Shown: positions 38,519-49,759, counted from the whole stretch's first letter. The stretch is 61,706 bases of DNA, filler included, from 5 parts of 5 records of this genome joined end to end with filler, not necessarily neighbours in it, one strand, 5' to 3'. Numbers and translations: made by a program. The notes: generated from the sequence alone by a model not told the origin.

Positions 38519-39166
38519 ATGAGCCAAGAAACTAATGCTGAAGTGACCGCCGCCGAACCGCCGTCGAACGATGCCGGCAACGGAGCCGAACCGCTACGCA
38601 CTGAGCCGCCAGGTTCAAGCAACCGTTACGTTTTCTGGTTTGGCATATTCATGCTCTGCGGCCTCGTCCTGTTGGCATGGATTGGACGACAGCCTCCATC
38701 GATCGCCGTTGGTGAACCACTCCCCCCGCTCGACTTGCAACCGCTCTCCAACGCAGAACCCATCTCGAACGAATCGCTCAGCGGCAAAGTTGTCGTGCTG
38801 CATTTTTGGGGCACATGGTGCGGCTACTGCAAGAAAGAGTTTCCTGAGTTTGCCGACATGGTCAAACGCTACCAAGACGACGAAGACATTCAAATCGTGT
38901 CCATCTCCTGTTCACCCGGCCCAGAGATGGACACGGAAGCTCTAGCGGAATCGACTCGCAGTTTTTTGCAGCAATATGATCCGGAGATGCCAACACACTG
39001 CGACAAGGCTGCAATGACTCGCCAGCAGATTGGTTTTCTCTTGAATGGTTCTTTCGGCTACCCAACCACCGTCGTCGTCGGCCCTGATGGAGTGATCGTG
39101 GATGCACTCCAAGGAGCGGGTGGGCTCGAAAGACTATCCGGCCGCCTACCGACCTACCTGAACTAG
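38519..39166 (+). CDS. TlpA-family thiol-disulfide oxidoreductase
   Basis: TM anchor, HFWGTWCGYC, GYPTT. Confidence 0.9.
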   Translation: MSQETNAEVTAAEPPSNDAGNGAEPLRTEPPGSSNRYVFWFGIFMLCGLVLLAWIGRQPPSIAVGEPLPPLDLQPLSNAEPISNESLSGKVVVLHFWGTWCGYCKKEFPEFADMVKRYQDDEDIQIVSISCSPGPEMDTEALAESTRSFLQQYDPEMPTHCDKAAMTRQQIGFLLNGSFGYPTTVVVGPDGVIVDALQGAGGLERLSGRLPTYLN

Positions 39167-39177
39167 ATGCTGGCCTG

Positions 39178-40278
39178 CTAACCGTCGCTTTCCACCATGA
39201 CTTCCTTCAGCTTCGCGGCGAACTGCTCTGCAGCAGCGACAGGGTCTGGTTCAGCGTTGATGGCGGCGGAGACGGCAACTCCGGTGCATCCACAAGCCAT
39301 CACTTCATCCAAAGATTCAAGCTGAATGCCGCCGATGGCGTAATTCGGAACCGTCGTCAGACCTGAAGCCGACTTGATGAAGTCCAACCCTGCGAAACTT
39401 TCAAACTGTTTCGTCCGCGAGGCAAACGTGGGACCGCAACCGATATAGTCCGCTCCCGAGTCGACCGCGTCCTGAACTTGCTGATCATCGTGCGTCGATA
39501 CGCCAACATACTTGCCCGCCGGCAGGATGGCTCGGGCATCGCGAATTGAAAGATCCTCTTGTCCCAGGTGCACGCCATCGGCATTCACGGCGACAGCGAC
39601 ATCAACGCGATCATTGACAATGAACAGGCTTGGTTCATCACGTTGCTTTCCGGCTGCCTTGATGGCCTGAAGGGCAATGCGCGAGTACTCGACCAAGGCA
39701 TCTGCTTCAGCATGCTTGTCACGCAACTGAAACACATCAACTCCAGCGATACTGAGTCGTTCGATCAATTCTGCGAACTGCTTCTTCGGCTGAGCACAGT
39801 CGACCAGCAGGTATAACCTTGCCGCGGTCGGAAACGCCCTATGACTCAGCCGCTGTTCTGCAAACGCGAGATCGTCGTAGGCACGGTACCTTAGGCGCTT
39901 GAAGACCTCTGCTAGTGGCACGCTGTCAGGATTCTCCTGAGCTGCCTCTTGGGGCACCTGTTTTGAAAACTCCTCTAAACACCGGAGCGACTGAGTGGTT
40001 CGTTCTGCGGCGGCGCTCACGACACCTTGCCAGGACTGCCTGGTGAATTCGCTTGGGTTCTGACTACCTGTTCCTTGGTCTAAGCGAACATTTCGGCTGG
40101 CGAGTCGGTCTAGGCGATTGAGTCTTTGACTTGCTTGCCCGAGGTCGTGACGCAGGCTCTTCACCAGTCCAGCTACTGCGTTGTCGGGACGCACGAGCCT
40201 GGCGACGTCTTCGATTGTCCGCAGACCTTCGCTGGCTCGATTGAGGTTCATGTCCAATAATTTCAGTGTTTCGTTCAT
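39178..40278 (-). CDS. thiE: Thiamine phosphate synthase with N-terminal ThiD2 domain
   Basis: DMNLNRASEGLRTIED; QLRDK, VNDRVD, GVHLGQED, STH, AIGGI. Confidence 0.93.
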   Translation of the reverse strand: MNETLKLLDMNLNRASEGLRTIEDVARLVRPDNAVAGLVKSLRHDLGQASQRLNRLDRLASRNVRLDQGTGSQNPSEFTRQSWQGVVSAAAERTTQSLRCLEEFSKQVPQEAAQENPDSVPLAEVFKRLRYRAYDDLAFAEQRLSHRAFPTAARLYLLVDCAQPKKQFAELIERLSIAGVDVFQLRDKHAEADALVEYSRIALQAIKAAGKQRDEPSLFIVNDRVDVAVAVNADGVHLGQEDLSIRDARAILPAGKYVGVSTHDDQQVQDAVDSGADYIGCGPTFASRTKQFESFAGLDFIKSASGLTTVPNYAIGGIQLESLDEVMACGCTGVAVSAAINAEPDPVAAAEQFAAKLKEVMVESDG

Positions 40279-40468
40279 AGCTTGTGTTTCTACCGCCGCC
40301 TGAGCGGCAACGCAATCTCACCGATCGATGTTCGCGGCGGGCTGAGCCAAAGAATCGCGTGCTAGCGACCAATACCATGCATGAATCGCCCTCAAGGTCG
40401 CTTTACCATCACCGCCGGACCATGTATCGTAATCAGGCCTTGAGTGTTGTTTATTGCAGACACTCTCC

Positions 40469-40528
40469 GCCCGCGTAGCTCAGGGGATAGAGCAGAGCTT
40501 TCCTAAAGCTAAGGTCGCAGGTTCGAAT
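40469..40528 (+). tRNA. tRNA-Arg(CCT), 3'-truncated by contig end
   Basis: GCCCGCG TA GCTCAGGGGATAGAGC A GAGCT TTCCTAA AGCTA AGGTC GCAGG TTCGAAT. Confidence 0.9.
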
Positions 40529-40628
40529 NNNNNNNNNNNNNNNNNNNNNNNNNNNNNNNNNNNNNNNNNNNNTTAATTAATTAANNNNNNNNNNNNNNNN
40601 NNNNNNNNNNNNNNNNNNNNNNNNNNNN
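40529..40628. other. Artificial contig spacer
   Basis: N44-TTAATTAATTAA-N44. Confidence 0.99.
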
Positions 40629-40629
40629 T

Positions 40630-40794
40630 GACCCCGGCCAGCTCAAACGCAACGTGATGTCCCCTGGCGGCACAACTGAACGCGCCATCAACACCTTCGA
40701 GGAAGGCGGCCTGCGCGATCTGGTGAAAAAAGCCTACAGCGCTGCCTTCGAGCGCTCACGCGAGATGTCCAGAGAACTGGCCGATAAACAGTAA
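40630..40794 (+). CDS. proC: Pyrroline-5-carboxylate reductase, 3' end
   Basis: Manual translation LKRNVMSPGGTTERAI...RSREM; lies upstream of yggT. Confidence 0.9.
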   Translation, partial: DPGQLKRNVMSPGGTTERAINTFEEGGLRDLVKKAYSAAFERSREMSRELADKQ

Positions 40795-40816
40795 CCGATA
40801 ACGGAGACTCAGCTTC

Positions 40817-41401
40817 ATGCTGGCAGATATTGTTATTACGATCCTGCTGATTACGTCCACTTTCTATATGACCATCGTTTTGCTGCGGTTTCTGTTGCAG
40901 CTGGCGCGGGCGGATTTCTACAATCCCATTTCACAATTTGTAGTCAAGGCCACCAACCCGCCGCTGCGTCCCCTGCGGCGTTTCATTCCGGGCTGGGGCG
41001 GCATTGACGGCGCATCCCTGGTATTGGCGGTTTTAATCCAGGCCATTACCTTCTTCCTCATTCTGGTCGCACTGAACGGCGGCATTCCCGCCATCAATCC
41101 GGTTACTCTGCTGGTTTGGGCCGTACTGAACGTGCTCAGTCTGATCGTGAAGATCTACTTCTGGTCGGTCATTGCCGTGGTGGTGGTCAGCTGGATCGCC
41201 CCCCAGAGTGGCCACCCTGCCATTCAACTGGTGGCTCAGATCACCGAACCGGTGATGCGACCCGTGCGTAATATCATGCCCTCCATGGGCGGTCTGGATC
41301 TGTCGCCAATTATCGTGTTCCTGATTCTGAACGTGATTACCGTGGTCATTGATCACATGAAAGTGGCGGCCGGGCTGGGCTCAATCGGGCTCGGAATGTA
41401 A
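40817..41401 (+). CDS. yggT: YggT family membrane protein
   Basis: RADFYNPISQFVVKATNP, GGLDLSPI. Confidence 0.95.
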   Translation: MLADIVITILLITSTFYMTIVLLRFLLQLARADFYNPISQFVVKATNPPLRPLRRFIPGWGGIDGASLVLAVLIQAITFFLILVALNGGIPAINPVTLLVWAVLNVLSLIVKIYFWSVIAVVVVSWIAPQSGHPAIQLVAQITEPVMRPVRNIMPSMGGLDLSPIIVFLILNVITVVIDHMKVAAGLGSIGLGM

Positions 41402-41662
41402 CACGCGTCTCGAATATACATTTCGTTACACAATACACTGATTTGTTACTATCCATGGCCAGCAATTCAACCCACTGAATTGCTGGCCTTTTTGATAGCA
41501 AACTCAGGCCCTTTCCCGGAAATGCCGACTCGCGCACCCTCAAACATTAACAAAACAGGTTATTATTAAACGCATTTAATCTGGGCGAGCGATTGGCGAC
41601 ACGTGTTCACCATCACTGACTCACCCAGGACATACCCGGAAGTCGCGCAGAAGGATTATCCG

Positions 41663-43627
41663 ATGAACCCGCAGGGAACTCTGTCGCAGCAGGTTGAGGC
41701 GTATCACAACTGGAAAAAGGAACTGATCCGGCAGATTGGCCGCTATCGGCTGTGGCTGCAGGATAACAACCTGTTTTCAGAAGACGTCAGCACCCGTATT
41801 CGTCACGGACTGGAGCTGCTCATTGAGGATGAGCTGACCATTGCTTTTGTTGGTGAATACTCCCGTGGCAAGACGGAGCTGATCAACGCCCTGTTTTTCT
41901 CGGAATACGGCCAGCGCATGCTGCCATCCCAGGCCGGGCGCACCACCATGTGTCCGACCGAGCTGTTTTTTGATCGCAGCGCCAACCAGAACTATCTGCT
42001 TTTGCTCCCGATCGAAACCCGCACGGGCGATCTGTCTCTGCAGCAGCTGCGCAAGAAGCCGGAACAGTGGATTCGGCATGAGCTCGACGAGCGCAATCCG
42101 GACGTCATGCGCGAAGTGCTGGCAGAAGTTGCCCGGATCAAGAGCGTGAGCCCGGAAGAGGCCCGGCAGCTGGGCTTCGACGAGGCCATGCTGGAACACG
42201 ATCGCAATAATCCCGGCAATGTGCTGGTACCGGCCTGGCGTAATGCCCAGATCAGCATTCGCCACCCCCTGTTCGAGCGCGGCCTGCGCATTCTTGATAC
42301 TCCGGGCCTGAACGCCCTTGGCTCGGAACCCGAACTGACCATCAGCATGCTGCCCCGGGCCCATGCCGTTATCTTTGTGCTCAGCGCGGATACTGGCGTC
42401 ACAGCCAGTGACATGACTATCTGGAAAGAGCATATCGATACCGAGCACGCCGACCACCGGGCCGGCCGGTTTGCAGTTCTCAACAAGATCGACGTTCTAT
42501 GGGACGACCTTCAGGGCGAGAAGCACACCCAGGAATCCATTGACCGTGTTCGCAACTACACCGCGGACCATCTGGGCATCCGCCAGCAGGACGTTATTCC
42601 TCTCTCTGCAAAACAGGGATTGCTGGCACGGGTTCGCAAAGACAACAACCTGTTCGACCGCTCCAACATCGGTAAGCTGGAGCAGCTGATCATTCAGCGC
42701 ATCCTGATGCATAAGGAGCAGCTGATTACCCAGAACCTGATCAACGACTTGCTGGGAATGCTACAGAACAGCCAGGCGGCCATGCAGTACCGCCTGGATG
42801 CCCTGGAAGAAGAACGCCAGGCCTGCGCCGGCGCCACCCTCGACAAGGCCGCGCTGTCCCGGCTCGCGGAACGGGCCCAGAAGGATTATGACTTCTACTA
42901 CAAGAAGCTGATCACTCTGCGTTCATCGCGTCGGCTGATGGAATCCCAGGGTGACATGCTCACCAAGCTGGTCAGCGAAGATCGCTTTGAGCAGCACGCC
43001 AGCCAGGTACGGAAAATGATGTCGAAAAGCTGGACCACGGCCGGCATGAACCGGGCCATGGAACACTTTTTCGAACTCCTGGAGAGCGACCTCACTAACC
43101 TGCTGAGCGAAGGGCGGCTCGCGGAGAAAATGGTAGGCGCCATCTATCGCAGATACAACGAAGACACCCGCGCCCGGCACCTGGAGCCCATTCCGCTACG
43201 GGCCGGCCGGCATGTGATTGCCATTCGTGAATTGCGCAAGAAAGCCCGGCGTTTCCGCAATAACCCGAAGAATCTGCTGTCGGAACAGTCAACGGTGGTC
43301 CGCCGCTTCTTCAATGTGATGGTGAGCGAGGCCCGCACGCTGCATGGCCGGGTGCGAAAAGATGTAGAGCGCTGGCCACACGAAGCCCTGCTGCCAATCA
43401 TGCAGTTCTCCATGGAACAGAAACAGCTGCTTGAGCACCAGATCCGCCGCCTGCGCGACATGGTTCGCACCGATCGGGACAGCCGGGCCGAACGCCAGCG
43501 TCTGGATCATGCCACGGCAGACCTGCGCAAGCAGCTGGAACTGGCCGACGCCATGATGCGCCAGATTCGCAAGCCGGCACCCACGATGATCCAGCAAAAA
43601 GTCGTCAATATTTCCGGCGCCATGTAA
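41663..43627 (+). CDS. Bacterial dynamin-like GTPase
   Basis: G1 GEYSRGKT, G2 GRTTMCP, G3 DTPG, G4 NKID; long helical C-terminus. Confidence 0.88.
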   Translation: MNPQGTLSQQVEAYHNWKKELIRQIGRYRLWLQDNNLFSEDVSTRIRHGLELLIEDELTIAFVGEYSRGKTELINALFFSEYGQRMLPSQAGRTTMCPTELFFDRSANQNYLLLLPIETRTGDLSLQQLRKKPEQWIRHELDERNPDVMREVLAEVARIKSVSPEEARQLGFDEAMLEHDRNNPGNVLVPAWRNAQISIRHPLFERGLRILDTPGLNALGSEPELTISMLPRAHAVIFVLSADTGVTASDMTIWKEHIDTEHADHRAGRFAVLNKIDVLWDDLQGEKHTQESIDRVRNYTADHLGIRQQDVIPLSAKQGLLARVRKDNNLFDRSNIGKLEQLIIQRILMHKEQLITQNLINDLLGMLQNSQAAMQYRLDALEEERQACAGATLDKAALSRLAERAQKDYDFYYKKLITLRSSRRLMESQGDMLTKLVSEDRFEQHASQVRKMMSKSWTTAGMNRAMEHFFELLESDLTNLLSEGRLAEKMVGAIYRRYNEDTRARHLEPIPLRAGRHVIAIRELRKKARRFRNNPKNLLSEQSTVVRRFFNVMVSEARTLHGRVRKDVERWPHEALLPIMQFSMEQKQLLEHQIRRLRDMVRTDRDSRAERQRLDHATADLRKQLELADAMMRQIRKPAPTMIQQKVVNISGAM

Positions 43628-43634
43628 CCAGGCA

Positions 43635-43669
43635 CTGGCGAGCCGCACTACTTTGGTGCGACTCGCCAG
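43635..43669. terminator. Strong hairpin after the dynamin gene (terminator or processing site)
   Basis: CTGGCGAG-C-CGCAC / GTGCG-A-CTCGCCAG inverted repeat; no U-tract. Confidence 0.4.
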
Positions 43670-43798
43670 ACAGGCACCCTAAACGCCGGTTGCAGCAACC
43701 TCCCCCCGCCTTTAAACTGCAGTGCTGGCGCCAGTTCCGGTGCCAGCCAAGGCCTGTGGCCAGACACCAGTGGACCGAACCAGGAACTCATCACACCC

Positions 43799-44947
43799 AT
43801 GCCTGATTCCCTGCCCTCGGATTCCGTGGGCCTTGTAAGCCCGAAGACCATCCACTTCGACAAGCCGTTGGAGCTGGCCTGCGGCCAGACGCTGGAAAGC
43901 TACGATCTGGTGGTGGAAACCTATGGCAAACTCAACGCCGATGCCAGCAATGCGGTACTGATCTGCCACGCACTCAGCGGCCATCACCATGCCGCTGGCT
44001 ACCACTCGCTGGATGACCGCAAGCCGGGCTGGTGGGACAGCTGTATCGGCCCCGGCAAGCCCATTGATACCAATCGGTTTTTCGTGGTCAGCCTGAACAA
44101 TCTCGGTGGCTGCCACGGCAGCACCGGCCCCAACTCCAACAACCCGGAAACCGGCAAACCCTATGGTCCGGATTTCCCGGTCGTTACCGTGGCTGACTGG
44201 GTCGCCAGCCAGGCCCGACTGGAGGATCATCTGGGCATTCAGCAATGGGCCGCTGTGGTTGGCGGCTCCCTCGGAGGCATGCAGGCCCTGCAGTGGAGCC
44301 TGGACTACCCGGACCGGCTACGGCATTCCGTGGTCATCGCCTCGACTCCACGCCTGACCGCACAGAACATCGCCTTCAACGAAGTCGCACGGCAAGCCAT
44401 CACTTCGGACCGGGAATTTTTCGAAGGCCGCTATTACGACGAGAATCTGGTGCCGAAGCGCGGCCTGATGCTGGCCCGGATGGTTGGCCACATCACCTAT
44501 CTTTCAGACGCCTCCATGGGCGAAAAATTCGGCCGTGAACTGCGTGAGGAAGCCTACAAGTTCGGTTTCGACGCCGAGTTCCAGGTGGAAAGCTACCTGC
44601 GTTACCAGGGCGAGCGCTTTTCCGAAACCTTCGACGCCAACACCTATCTGTTGATGACCCGGGCACTGGACTACTTTGACCCCGCCTACGACTTCGGCGG
44701 CGATCTGTCCAAGGCCCTGGCACCGGCACAATGTGAATACCTGGTACTGTCCTTCAGCACCGACTGGCGATTCTCGCCAGCGCGCTCCGAGGAAATGGTC
44801 AATGCCATGATTTCCGCCAGAAAGCGCGTAAGCTATGCCGAAATTGATGCACCCTGGGGCCATGATGCCTTCCTGATCCCGACCCCCAGATACACCGACA
44901 TCTTTACTGCGTATATGGACCGGGTAGCACGGGAGGTCGGCGCATGA
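43799..44947 (+). CDS. metX: Homoserine O-acyl(succinyl/acetyl)transferase
   Basis: [21 protein letters not shown]. Confidence 0.96.
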   Translation: MPDSLPSDSVGLVSPKTIHFDKPLELACGQTLESYDLVVETYGKLNADASNAVLICHALSGHHHAAGYHSLDDRKPGWWDSCIGPGKPIDTNRFFVVSLNNLGGCHGSTGPNSNNPETGKPYGPDFPVVTVADWVASQARLEDHLGIQQWAAVVGGSLGGMQALQWSLDYPDRLRHSVVIASTPRLTAQNIAFNEVARQAITSDREFFEGRYYDENLVPKRGLMLARMVGHITYLSDASMGEKFGRELREEAYKFGFDAEFQVESYLRYQGERFSETFDANTYLLMTRALDYFDPAYDFGGDLSKALAPAQCEYLVLSFSTDWRFSPARSEEMVNAMISARKRVSYAEIDAPWGHDAFLIPTPRYTDIFTAYMDRVAREVGA

Positions 44948-45546
44948 GAGCAGATCTTGAGATTATTCAACAGTGGGTGCGCCCGGGCCACCACATTCTG
45001 GACCTGGGTTGCGGCGACGGCACCCTGCTGGATTTCCTGCAACGGGAGCGCAATGCCACCGGATTTGGCCTTGAGATCAACCCGGACCACATCACCACCT
45101 GTATGGGCCGCGGCGTACGGGTGATCGAGCAGAACCTGGATACCCAGGGCCTCGACAACTTCGATGATGGCATGTTCGATATTGTCCTGATGACCCAGGC
45201 CCTGCAGGCGGTACGCCGCCCGGACAAGGTCATTGATGAAATGCTGAGGGTGGGTCGCGAAGGTATCGTCACCTTCCCCAACTTTGCCCACTGGCGACTG
45301 CGCTGGGGCCTGGCGCTGAGCGGCCGAATGCCCGAATCCGATGCACTGCCGTATAAATGGTATAACACCCCCAATATCCGCCTTTGCACCTTCAAGGATT
45401 TTGAAGCGCTGTGCCGGCAGAAAGGCATCAAGATCAAAAGCCGCCGGGTAGTGGACGGGCAGCATCAGAACAGCTGGCTGGCGCGGCTCTGGCCCAATCT
45501 GTTGGGGGAAATCGCCATATACCGCATCACACGGGAGAGCACATGA
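44944..45546 (+). CDS. metW: Methionine biosynthesis protein MetW
   Basis: [19 protein letters not shown]; overlaps the metX stop. Confidence 0.96.
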   Translation: MRADLEIIQQWVRPGHHILDLGCGDGTLLDFLQRERNATGFGLEINPDHITTCMGRGVRVIEQNLDTQGLDNFDDGMFDIVLMTQALQAVRRPDKVIDEMLRVGREGIVTFPNFAHWRLRWGLALSGRMPESDALPYKWYNTPNIRLCTFKDFEALCRQKGIKIKSRRVVDGQHQNSWLARLWPNLLGEIAIYRITREST

Positions 45547-45995
45547 TGAAACTTCTGACTGCAAGCAAGACACTGTTTCTGGCGTTCGGGCTCATGCTGG
45601 TATCGATCACCAGCCAGGCCGGGCAAAAGGATTTCGGAGAATATCAGGTGCACTGGAGCGTGCTCCCCAGCACCTTCCTGGCGCCGGAAGTGGCACAGGC
45701 CAACAATCTGCAACGCAGCCGGGGCATCGGCATCGTTAACATCTCGATCATGACCGAAGACGAGCACGGCCAGATCCAGCCCGTCAGTGGGCAGGTGGAA
45801 GGCCAGGTCTCCAACGATATCCAGCAGGTGAACTTTCTGGCGTTCCGCCGCATTCAGGAAGGTGATGCCGTGTACTTCATTGCCCAGTACCAGTATCAAT
45901 CCGGAGATCTGATGACGTTCAACGTCACGGCGCGCCCCAGCGGCCACCAGGAAGACCTTCCGATCCGTTTTTCCCATACCCTGTTCAACGACTGA
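45543..45995 (+). CDS. DUF4426 family periplasmic protein
   Basis: Signal peptide, [18 protein letters not shown]; conserved position before rdgB. Confidence 0.85.
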   Translation: MMKLLTASKTLFLAFGLMLVSITSQAGQKDFGEYQVHWSVLPSTFLAPEVAQANNLQRSRGIGIVNISIMTEDEHGQIQPVSGQVEGQVSNDIQQVNFLAFRRIQEGDAVYFIAQYQYQSGDLMTFNVTARPSGHQEDLPIRFSHTLFND

Positions 45996-45999
45996 CACC

Positions 46000-46599
46000 A
46001 TGGCCCGCAAACTCGTCATCGCCAGCAACAACAAAGGCAAGATCGCCGAACTGACTGATCTGCTCGCGCCACTTGGCTTGCAGCCGGTCGCCCAGGGTGA
46101 GCTTGGGGTATCAGAGGCCGAAGAACCGGCCGTTACCTTCGTTGAGAATGCCATTATCAAAGCCCGCCATGCAGCGAGAGTCACTGGCCTGCCTGCGCTG
46201 GCCGACGACAGTGGCCTGGCCGTGGATGCCCTGGACGGCCGCCCGGGCGTTCGCTCCGCCCGCTTTGCCGGCGAAGAGGCAACCGACAATGATAATGTCG
46301 AGGCGTTGCTGGCAGCGTTGAAAGACACGCCTGAAGCAGAGCGCAGCGCTCAGTTTCACTGCGTTCTGGTTTATCTCCGCCATGCTGACGATCCCACGCC
46401 GATCATCTGCCATGGTCGCTGGCCAGGCCGCATTCTTGCCGAGCCGCGCGGGCAAGGCGGCTTCGGTTACGACCCGGTCTTTCTGGTACCGGAGCATGGA
46501 TGCAGCGCTGCCGAGCTGACACGGGGGCAGAAAGGCAGGATCAGCCATCGGGGACGGGCTCTGGCCAGCCTTCTGGATCAACTCAGGGCGGAGCTTTGA
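46000..46599 (+). CDS. rdgB: dITP/XTP pyrophosphatase
   Basis: ASNNKGK, ADDSGL, GFGYDP, SHRG. Confidence 0.96.
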   Translation: MARKLVIASNNKGKIAELTDLLAPLGLQPVAQGELGVSEAEEPAVTFVENAIIKARHAARVTGLPALADDSGLAVDALDGRPGVRSARFAGEEATDNDNVEALLAALKDTPEAERSAQFHCVLVYLRHADDPTPIICHGRWPGRILAEPRGQGGFGYDPVFLVPEHGCSAAELTRGQKGRISHRGRALASLLDQLRAEL

Positions 46600-46603
46600 T
46601 ACT

Positions 46604-47752
46604 GTGACCGCCACCCTGCCCGTGGCGGTCTGCCCGCCCTTGAGTCTGTACATTCACGTGCCCTGGTGCGTGCGCAAATGCCCGTACTGCGACTTCAACT
46701 CCCACGCTGTCAAGGGAGAGATTCCCGAACACGCCTACCTGAACGCCCTTCTGGAAGACCTCGATCAGGATCTGAGCCTGGTACGGGAACGCCCCATTGA
46801 AACCGTGTTCATCGGTGGCGGAACCCCGTCCCTGATGAGCGGCGCGTTCTACCACAGCCTGTTCGAGCGGCTCCGGGAACGGCTAACATTCAGCCCCGAG
46901 GCCGAAATCACCCTGGAGGCCAATCCCGGCACGCTGGAGACTGGTCGATTCGAGAGCTTCCGGGAGGCTGGCATCAATCGGCTGTCCATCGGTGTTCAAA
47001 GCTTTGATCCGGCGCAACTGAAAACCCTGGGCCGGATTCACGACAGCGCGTCGGCCCACAGCGCCATTGAAGCCGCCCGCAAGGCCGGTTTTGATAACTT
47101 CAATGTCGACTTGATGCATGGCCTGCCCGGCCAGACACCGAGTCAGGCTCTGGATGATTTACAGGCAGCGTTGAGCTACCAGCCCCGGCACCTGTCCTGG
47201 TATCAGCTCACCATCGAGCCCAACACCGAGTTTTTCTCCCGACCACCCGCCCTGCCGGACGATGACCGGCTCTGGGAGATTTACCAGCGCGGGGGAGATC
47301 TGCTGCGCCAGGCGGGGATGGACGATTATGAAGTCTCCGCCTGGAGCCTGCCGGGCGCCCAGAGCCGGCATAACCTGAATTACTGGACCTTCGGGGATTA
47401 TCTGGCCCTTGGGGCAGGCGGCCATGGCAAGGTGAGCCTTGCCGACGGGCGCATCCTGCGATACTGGAAGACCCGGCAACCCGACGCGTATCTCAACCGG
47501 ATCGGCTCCCGCACCGCTGGCAGTGAAGCCATAGAGCCGGAAGACCGGCCCCTGGAATTCATGATGAATGCGTTGAGACTAAAAAGCGGCACCGACGAAA
47601 GACTGTACGGTGAGCGTACAGGTTTACCGCTGTCGTCCATTGCGGTAAAACTTGAACAGTTACGAAATGAAAACCTGATCGTCCCCGACCGTCTGCAGGC
47701 GACGGCAAAGGGGCAAAGATACCTGAACAGCCTGCTGGAGCACTTTCTCTGA
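46604..47752 (+). CDS. hemW: Radical SAM heme chaperone HemW
   Basis: YIHVPWCVRKCPYCDFN, GGGTPS, HNLNYW. Confidence 0.95.
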   Translation: MTATLPVAVCPPLSLYIHVPWCVRKCPYCDFNSHAVKGEIPEHAYLNALLEDLDQDLSLVRERPIETVFIGGGTPSLMSGAFYHSLFERLRERLTFSPEAEITLEANPGTLETGRFESFREAGINRLSIGVQSFDPAQLKTLGRIHDSASAHSAIEAARKAGFDNFNVDLMHGLPGQTPSQALDDLQAALSYQPRHLSWYQLTIEPNTEFFSRPPALPDDDRLWEIYQRGGDLLRQAGMDDYEVSAWSLPGAQSRHNLNYWTFGDYLALGAGGHGKVSLADGRILRYWKTRQPDAYLNRIGSRTAGSEAIEPEDRPLEFMMNALRLKSGTDERLYGERTGLPLSSIAVKLEQLRNENLIVPDRLQATAKGQRYLNSLLEHFL

Positions 47753-48303
47753 TGGACTCAGCCCAGCGCCCACCGCTTATTCCCATGCGCCCGATGAAGC
47801 TGCCCATGAAAGTTTCCCTGGTGGCTGCACTGGCACTGTGGCTGGTTCTGGTGGCGCTGAACCAGCCACTGCATACGGCCGCCGCGCCTCAGGGGATTGT
47901 CAGTTTACAGCTGGCCGGTACCGCCGAGCAGACTCACGCCATTCTGCGCAGCTGGCGGGACGGCAATCTCGCCATGGCACGGCTATCACTGTGGCTCGAC
48001 TTTGTGTTCATCGTGGTCTATCTGGCCGCGCTGCTTCAATTAACCCGCCACTTCACGCGGGACAGACCGGGTATCCGGGAACGGATGGTCGCCCGCTGGG
48101 TGCGCGCCCTGTTTGTCATCGCAGGCATCAGCGATGTAGCGGAAAACATTGTTCTGCTCAATAACTTCAATCCGCCTTCAGATTCCCTGAGCCTGACCGC
48201 CACCATTCTGGCGCTGGTGAAATTCACCGGCCTGATACTTGGCATGGCGGGCCTGGTGGTCATCCGTGCTTCCCGCCGCAGGCCCCTGACTCACTCCCAC
48301 TGA
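47752..48303 (+). CDS. Hypothetical membrane protein
   Basis: Four TMs; GIVSLQLAG, LDFVFI, DVAEN. Start uncertain. Confidence 0.7.
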   Translation: MDSAQRPPLIPMRPMKLPMKVSLVAALALWLVLVALNQPLHTAAAPQGIVSLQLAGTAEQTHAILRSWRDGNLAMARLSLWLDFVFIVVYLAALLQLTRHFTRDRPGIRERMVARWVRALFVIAGISDVAENIVLLNNFNPPSDSLSLTATILALVKFTGLILGMAGLVVIRASRRRPLTHSH

Positions 48304-48305
48304 AC

Positions 48306-49022
48306 TCAGTTGGTGCGATAAAACAACAAATCCCATACTCCGTGGCCAAGATTTTCGCCACGCTTCTCGAACTTGGTGATCGGGCGGTCATCAGGCTTGG
48401 GCGAATAACCACCTTGCTCCTGAGTATTAGCAAAGCCTTCTGACGCACTCATCACTTCCAGCATGTGCTCAGCGTAGTTCTCCCAGTCTGTGGCCAGGTG
48501 CAGAATACCGCCCACCCGCAGCTTATGGCGGATGCGCTGAACAAATTCCGGCTGGATCAAGCGGCGCTTGTGATGCTTTTTCTTGTGCCACGGGTCCGGG
48601 AAGAACACCATCACCCGATCCAGGCAGGCATCTGGCAGACACAGGTCAATCACATCATTGGCATCAATGCTGTAAACCCGCACGTTCTCGAGACCACGCG
48701 ATTCCACTTCTTTCAACAAAGCGCCGACGCCCGGCAGGTGTACTTCCACCCCGATAAAATCCTGCTCGGGTGCCGCTTCGGCCATATCGGCAAGGGATTT
48801 GCCCATCCCGAAACCGATCTCCAAGTTGAGCATGTTATCGCGGCCAAACACCTCACGGGGGTCGATCATGCCATTGTCACGGCTCAGTCCGTACTTGGCC
48901 CAGTTGCGATCGAAGGCCTTCTTCTGACCTTCGGTCATCCGTCCCTGGCGCAGTACAAAGCTGCGAACACCGCGGCGTGTGGTGACCGGATTCGTATCCT
49001 GAGTCTCGTTCTGGTCAGTCAT
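48306..49022 (-). CDS. trmB: tRNA (guanine-N7)-methyltransferase
   Basis: [31 protein letters not shown]. Confidence 0.97.
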   Translation of the reverse strand: MTDQNETQDTNPVTTRRGVRSFVLRQGRMTEGQKKAFDRNWAKYGLSRDNGMIDPREVFGRDNMLNLEIGFGMGKSLADMAEAAPEQDFIGVEVHLPGVGALLKEVESRGLENVRVYSIDANDVIDLCLPDACLDRVMVFFPDPWHKKKHHKRRLIQPEFVQRIRHKLRVGGILHLATDWENYAEHMLEVMSASEGFANTQEQGGYSPKPDDRPITKFEKRGENLGHGVWDLLFYRTN

Positions 49023-49093
49023 TCTGTGTCCTCAAGCTTCAAAGCGGATCTCGTGGAATAAACCTGGCACACAGTTTACCAGAGTCAGTAGCT

Positions 49094-49657
49094 TCAGGCG
49101 GAGACAACCGACCCCTGGCCAGTCTGACGGTCGAGTTGGCGGTAACCCAGCGCCTCCATCAGGTGCGACTGGCTCAGGTGTTCAGCACCCTCCAGATCCG
49201 CCAGGGTGCGGGCCAGTCGTAATATTCGATGGAGCGCCCGGGCCGACAACCCCAGTCGCTCCATGGCCCGGGTCAACAACCGCTCACTGGCCGCATCCAG
49301 CCGGCAAGCCTGATCCAGCAACGCTCCCGAGAGGCCCGAGTTGAGCATCCCACGAGCCTCCTGCCGGGCCCTAGCAGCCAGAACCCTGGCCCTGACACTG
49401 GCGCTACTCTCACCGGACGCCCCGGAACCGAGCAAGACCTCTCCGGACTGCACCGGAACCTCCACATGCAGATCGAACCGATCCAGCAACGGCCCCGAGA
49501 TCTTTGCCCGATAACGCATCACCTGTGCCGGCGTGCACTGGCACTCGATATTGGGGTGACCACTGTAACCACATGGGCATGGGTTCATGGCGGCCACGAC
49601 CTGAAATCGCGCTGGGAAAGTGACCTGCCGCGCCGCCCGGCTGATGGAGATTTCGCC
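49094..49657 (-). CDS. comM: YifB/ComM Mg-chelatase-like AAA ATPase, 3' part
   Basis: FPARFQVVAAMNPCPCG, KISGPLLDRFD, LSAR..RLARTLADL. Confidence 0.92.
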   Translation of the reverse strand, partial: GEISISRAARQVTFPARFQVVAAMNPCPCGYSGHPNIECQCTPAQVMRYRAKISGPLLDRFDLHVEVPVQSGEVLLGSGASGESSASVRARVLAARARQEARGMLNSGLSGALLDQACRLDAASERLLTRAMERLGLSARALHRILRLARTLADLEGAEHLSQSHLMEALGYRQLDRQTGQGSVVSA

Positions 49658-49658
49658 A

Positions 49659-49758
49659 NNNNNNNNNNNNNNNNNNNNNNNNNNNNNNNNNNNNNNNNNN
49701 NNTTAATTAATTAANNNNNNNNNNNNNNNNNNNNNNNNNNNNNNNNNNNNNNNNNNNN
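49659..49758. other. Artificial contig spacer
   Basis: N44-TTAATTAATTAA-N44. Confidence 0.99.
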
Positions 49759-49759
49759 G

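Noticed and set aside
43680-43798. SAM riboswitch upstream of metX
   Set aside because: Hairpins are present but I found no SAM-I, SAM-II or SAM-V consensus.
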